DNA of 12,147 bases. Source: Candidatus Thorarchaeota archaeon (lineage in GTDB: Archaea; Asgardarchaeota; Thorarchaeia; Thorarchaeales; Thorarchaeaceae). Shown here piece after piece: positions 8,653 to 12,147 of the stretch (its first letter is position 1; each line of letters starts with the position of its first letter). A program made the translations under genes and the position numbers. The notes under the pieces were generated by a model. The model was not told where the DNA came from, did not search any database, and was given only the letters and a program-made list of their open reading frames with translations. Where the stretch lies: the NCBI GenBank assembly GCA_048882325.1, contig JBHLRS010000065.1, forward strand, positions 1 to 12,147, given 5' to 3'.

Positions 8653-9492
8653 ATGGGAAAACTTGATGATAGAGTTGCTGTCATCACTGGTGCAGCAAGT
8701 GGAATTGGGAAAGCAATTGCAGAGCTATTTGCAGAAGAAGGCGCACATGTAGTCGTTAGTGATATACACGATGAATTTGGTCAACAGGTTGCTAGCACAC
8801 TTGGAAAAAAAGCCACCTACATACATGCTGATGTTAGTGTGGAACGAGATGTGAAGGGAATGATTGATCATGCTGTTGATACCTATGGTCGTCTTGACTG
8901 CATTGTCAATAATGCTGGGATGGGCGGTGTCAAAGGCGAGATTGAGTCTGTCCCTGTTGAGGACTTTGACAGAACAATAGGGATTCTACTTCGGGGCGTT
9001 TTTTTGGGGATGAAACATGCAGCGCCAGTCATGAAAAAACAAGGAGGAGGGACTATGATTAACATCTCCAGCGTTGCTGGTCTTCGGGGCGTTTCTCAAA
9101 ATCATCCGTATAGTGCTGCCAAAGCCGCAGTCCTCCAGTTGACTCGAACAGTGGCGATGGAGTTGGCATACTACAAAATCCGAGTAAACAGTATCTGTCC
9201 TGGCTCTATTGTGAGTTCTATTTTCGGTGCAGCTCAAGGAATGTCAAGTGAAGAGAGCGTCCAGACCTATGAGAATCTGAAAAAACTGTTTGAAAAGGGC
9301 CAACCAATTCGACGTGCAGGTCTCCCTGAGGATGTCGCCAATGCAGCACTATGGCTAGCAAGTGATGACTCGAGCTTCGTCACTGGGCATGCCCTTGTTG
9401 TTGATGGTGGCGTAAGTGCAGGACAGCAGTGGACACAGCAGATGCGATGGATTGACATGATTGAATCTGCCCTCGACTCGGAACCGAAGTGA
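8653..9492 (+). CDS. Classical short-chain dehydrogenase/reductase (probably NAD-dependent)
   Basis: TGAASGIG, acidic residue after beta2 (VVVSDI), NNAG, catalytic S and YSAAK, IRVNSICPG, SFVTGHALVVDGG. Start at ATG 8653 (MGKLDDRVAVITG) after GAGGTGG; the track's 63-aa extension overlaps the opposite-strand ligase; 279 aa. Confidence 0.94.
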   Translation: MGKLDDRVAVITGAASGIGKAIAELFAEEGAHVVVSDIHDEFGQQVASTLGKKATYIHADVSVERDVKGMIDHAVDTYGRLDCIVNNAGMGGVKGEIESVPVEDFDRTIGILLRGVFLGMKHAAPVMKKQGGGTMINISSVAGLRGVSQNHPYSAAKAAVLQLTRTVAMELAYYKIRVNSICPGSIVSSIFGAAQGMSSEESVQTYENLKKLFEKGQPIRRAGLPEDVANAALWLASDDSSFVTGHALVVDGGVSAGQQWTQQMRWIDMIESALDSEPK

Positions 9493-9502
9493 ACCCATTG
9501 GA

Positions 9503-9533
9503 TTGAATCATATTCAAGAACAATTAATATTAA
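9503..9533 (+). promoter_or_regulatory. Inverted repeat TTGAAT-N3-ATTCAA followed by TATA-like TTAATATTAA; probable promoter of the 315-aa gene
   Basis: IR at 9503-9517; AT-only box at 9524-9533, about 30-40 nt upstream of ATG 9565. Confidence 0.45.
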
Positions 9534-9564
9534 CTCAATTAGATGTGAAATAGCGGATAGTCAG

Positions 9565-10512
9565 ATGGATTATCTAAATCAGCTGACGGACTCATCTACA
9601 ATGGAAGCAACAAAGGAAACAATCAATCTAAACATCATCTGTCCTGACCCTACCTGTGCAACGCGAAAAGAGATTGCAATTCCCTGGTCCTCTTTGTCAC
9701 AGTCCGAATCAGGCATAGTTACAATATCAATCTCAAAAGGTCTTGTTTGTAATCACAGTTTCCAAGTCTTTGTAGACAAGAGTGGCCGTGTTCGTGGATA
9801 CAAAAAACCAGACCTTGAGCTTACTTTTACACCGGTTGATGAGGAGGACGAACGCAGTAATGAAACACGGATTCAGGAGCAAGATAGAGTACTACAGGGC
9901 CTCCAAGTCATACTTGGAGATGAGATGCTTCTCAAGCTAGTACGAACTTCATTAGGCAATCTCCCAATCTACACGATTACAGATATTCCCTCTATCAGTA
10001 CCATGATGACGAATCTCAAGCATATTGTTGATCCGTATGTAAATGAGTTCACTGTCTGCTCACTACAGGAATATAACCAGAAACATCGGACTCTCCTATC
10101 CTTACCTGGTTATGACGATGCTTTTGTCATTGCAATTGACCAACACATCATCATAAACCAGACCTATGATAACAAATTCAAAGAAAAGGACTATGCCTTC
10201 GAAAGATCCCTTTTGAGGATGATTGATTTCGATAAATCAAACGAGTCAATCTCAAAAGAGTTCCACTCTCTGTTTGACCACATCATCGATGTAGCCACAA
10301 AGCTCAAGGATGAATTCCATCAAGACAAGTTTTCAAACAAGAAGGATGTAAGCAAGCGAATCTCGAAATTGACTGTTAAGAAATTAGCATTTGATGTTGA
10401 CTCTGCCAAACACATTTTGAGGAATCGCCTAGATTTCGATATGGATGAGTATTTCAAGGAAAGATCCCGAGCTTCTGAATGGGGAAAAGGCATCTTAGAT
10501 TTGACTGGCTAG
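9565..10512 (+). CDS. Hypothetical protein with N-terminal putative Zn-binding domain (CxxxxC...CxH), Asgard-type family
   Basis: 315-aa ORF; ICPDPTC...EIAIP...IVTISISKGLVCNHSFQVFVDKSGRVRGYKKPD resembles a motif I recall from Asgard hypothetical proteins; soluble, helical C-terminal part. Alternative start ATG 9601. Confidence 0.8.
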   Translation: MDYLNQLTDSSTMEATKETINLNIICPDPTCATRKEIAIPWSSLSQSESGIVTISISKGLVCNHSFQVFVDKSGRVRGYKKPDLELTFTPVDEEDERSNETRIQEQDRVLQGLQVILGDEMLLKLVRTSLGNLPIYTITDIPSISTMMTNLKHIVDPYVNEFTVCSLQEYNQKHRTLLSLPGYDDAFVIAIDQHIIINQTYDNKFKEKDYAFERSLLRMIDFDKSNESISKEFHSLFDHIIDVATKLKDEFHQDKFSNKKDVSKRISKLTVKKLAFDVDSAKHILRNRLDFDMDEYFKERSRASEWGKGILDLTG

Positions 10513-10536
10513 AGTTCGTGGCGTCAAATGTTTGGC

Positions 10537-11034
10537 TTAGATTGTCTTCATGATGCGACGGAGTAATTCTACTAGTTCATTGATGTTTTCGCCAGACTTT
10601 GAACTTACCATGAGTGAATGTATCTGCATTCGTTCCGCCATCTCTGAGATGTCCTCTTTGGAAACAAAACACGGTTGGTCAATCTTTGTACCTACCAAAA
10701 TTTTCCTTTCATTTGGTATATGGTCGATCATCGGTAACCACTCATCAATTTCTAGGAGTGTGTGGAAGTTAGTACAATCAACCACAATCAAGACTAGGTG
10801 AGCTCCAGTCAGTAGAGATCCTTGAAAGAATCGGAACTGTTTTTGCCCTCCAAAATCAAAACAGGACACTCTGATTGCTCCAGAGTCATTTGGTACTATT
10901 GTCCAAGATTCTACATCGAATCCTACAGTCATCTTCTGATCCACAAATATGCCTGTAGATAGACGAGCTATTAAGGTGGACTTACCTGCTCCTCCCGACC
11001 CGACGACGGCTAGTTTTACAGTTCTGACTCCCAA
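10537..11034 (-). CDS. Small GTPase, Ras superfamily (Rab/Arf/Roc-like)
   Basis: 165 aa, TTG start; G1 GSGGAGKST, G2 MTVG, G3 DFGGQ, G4 TKID, G5 SSK followed by GENINEL. Confidence 0.93.
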   Translation of the reverse strand: MGVRTVKLAVVGSGGAGKSTLIARLSTGIFVDQKMTVGFDVESWTIVPNDSGAIRVSCFDFGGQKQFRFFQGSLLTGAHLVLIVVDCTNFHTLLEIDEWLPMIDHIPNERKILVGTKIDQPCFVSKEDISEMAERMQIHSLMVSSKSGENINELVELLRRIMKTI

Positions 11035-11058
11035 GTGTGAATCACTACCAAGAAATGT

Positions 11059-11093
11059 TCGTGTGGGAGTCCTATCTCAAACTCCCACAGCGA
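11059..11093. repeat. Intergenic stem-loop TGTGGGAGT-N10-ACTCCCACA (extends 3 bp past a 1-nt bulge)
   Basis: Perfect 9-bp inverted repeat 11062-11070 / 11081-11089, flanked by TCG/CGA, in the 68-nt spacer between the second membrane gene and the GTPase. Confidence 0.75.
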
Positions 11094-11102
11094 GGTATTA
11101 TA

Positions 11103-11414
11103 TCATGATTTTATCCTGAATAGACCAATCAAGAAGAAAAGAAGACTCAGAAGCGCTGCGCCTTCGTAAATCTCTACAACTTTCTCTCCTATTATTGGAA
11201 TCCATTCAAATCCTGTTTTACTTAAGATTCCGGCAATTCCTCCGTATAAGCCTGAGAATGCCAGGACAAGGAAAGCTACAAAGAAGAACCTGGCGAGTAC
11301 ACTCTCTGTTTCTCTGTATTTTCTTAGAGTATAGAATGACAACAGCAAGTATATCATGCCATACCCTAGCTCAATTGAGTACTCAACTAGATGTGGAATA
11401 TCAAGCTGAAGCAT
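11103..11414 (-). CDS. Small 3-TM membrane protein (paralog B)
   Basis: Start moved to ATG 11414 (MLQLDIPHL), preceded by GGAGGTTGA; 103 aa; three hydrophobic segments; overlaps the upstream gene by 14 nt. Confidence 0.8.
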   Translation of the reverse strand: MLQLDIPHLVEYSIELGYGMIYLLLSFYTLRKYRETESVLARFFFVAFLVLAFSGLYGGIAGILSKTGFEWIPIIGEKVVEIYEGAALLSLLFFLIGLFRIKS

Positions 11415-11742
11415 CGCCTGAATCAACCTCCTGAGATTTTCTGACGCCCAGTCCTTGCAATCCATAGAAGAACAAGGCGCCTGCCATAAATTGTACACCT
11501 TCAATTAATGCCTCGAGATATTCCTCCTCTATTGCGATGCCAGCTGCTTGTGGAAGCAAAGTCACCTTCATGATTATCGATGAGGCAATGACCAAGAAGG
11601 CGAGTCCGATTAGTAGCAGCACTCTGCTTTTTACTCTAGAATAAGAAAACAGTGTGTAGATTCCAAGAAACAGGAATCCCACTCCTGCCACTAGTTGTAG
11701 GGCTAGCACTACTAAAGGGTCGGTCCAGATAATAGACATCAT
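11401..11742 (-). CDS. Small 3-TM membrane protein (paralog A)
   Basis: Start moved to ATG 11742 (or 11739), MMSIIWTDPL; 113 aa; three hydrophobic segments with a basic loop YSRVKSR after TM1; TATA-like box about 25-30 nt upstream. Confidence 0.8.
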   Translation of the reverse strand: MMSIIWTDPLVVLALQLVAGVGFLFLGIYTLFSYSRVKSRVLLLIGLAFLVIASSIIMKVTLLPQAAGIAIEEEYLEALIEGVQFMAGALFFYGLQGLGVRKSQEVDSGDASA

Positions 11743-11765
11743 GCCTTGCTTTGTTCCAGTCTGAA

Positions 11766-11789
11766 TATTTAATATTATTCTGTTTTTCT
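11766..11789 (-). promoter_or_regulatory. Putative archaeal BRE/TATA promoter for the 3TM-3TM-GTPase unit (probably leaderless mRNA)
   Basis: Minus strand reads agaaaaacagaaTAATATTAAATA, ending about 24 nt before ATG 11742; no clear RBS before that ATG. Confidence 0.45.
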
Positions 11790-12147
11790 GATAATCACCC
11801 AACATTTTGTAACTATATGATTTTTGAAGAGCTTGATGATTTGCGATATCTGTAACTATTTCCTCTGTTCTCAGTTTCCGTTTTACATTGCTCAGTTTAT
11901 TCTTGCCAGCGAATTATTGATCTTTGGATTCTTTCTAACAACTATGAGCTGGCGAGTTGAGATAATTTAACAGTGCCGTCAGGGTTGTGTAAACTCTGAA
12001 AAGTGCAAACCTTTTTGCGAAAGGTGAATGATGTATTATCAGAGATCAGAAGTAGATGGATTTAGGAAACTGATTATCCTGTTCTAGATTAGATCGAATG
12101 GATTATAGATTGACCGAGTGATTGAGGTCATTTGGAACCGAAAACTA

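Noticed and set aside
11016-11105. UGA readthrough (Sec-like) of membrane protein B using the downstream hairpin, fusing it to the GTPase
   Set aside because: Readthrough frame is not the GTPase frame and ends after about 28 codons; hairpin lacks recognisable SECIS features; no redox motif context.
11743-11805. Upstream extension of membrane protein A in the ORF track, and the 11415-11504 extension of protein B
   Set aside because: The first spans the AT-rich TATA-like region; the second overlaps gene A by about 100 nt and lies upstream of a strong GGAGG RBS.
12004-12060. GCAAACC...hairpin resembling the start of a c-di-GMP-I riboswitch
   Set aside because: The following conserved GACGCAAAGC segment and second stem are absent.
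12132-12147. Possible TTG start of a next plus-strand gene after GAGGT
   Set aside because: Only five codons visible and short RBS spacing; cannot be supported within this window.
1-12147. CRISPR arrays, tRNA/rRNA, transposases or IS ends
   Set aside because: No periodic repeats, cloverleaf-like segments or recombinase/transposase motifs were seen.

Overview
Gene-dense archaeal window, most likely from an Asgard archaeon (Thorarchaeota-like; inferred from a NosD-type beta-helix surface protein with a C-terminal Ig-like module, a stand-alone Ras-superfamily GTPase, a CxxxxC...CxH 'FxxFVD...VRGY' protein, GGTGA/GAGG ribosome-binding sites and TTG starts). The left two-thirds is lipid metabolism: a minus-strand operon of two SCP2-type lipid-binding proteins, a tungsten-type aldehyde:ferredoxin oxidoreductase and a long-chain acyl-CoA ligase (truncated by the window edge and missing from the ORF track), then a large beta-helix cell-surface protein, a second acyl-CoA ligase and a divergent SDR. 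The right end is a putative signalling module: two overlapping paralogous 3-TM membrane proteins followed by a small GTPase, with a possibly switchable hairpin between them, converging on a Zn-binding protein with a possible DENN-like region. No rRNA, tRNA, CRISPR array or mobile element was recognised. All family assignments come from motif recognition by eye; no database searches were run.
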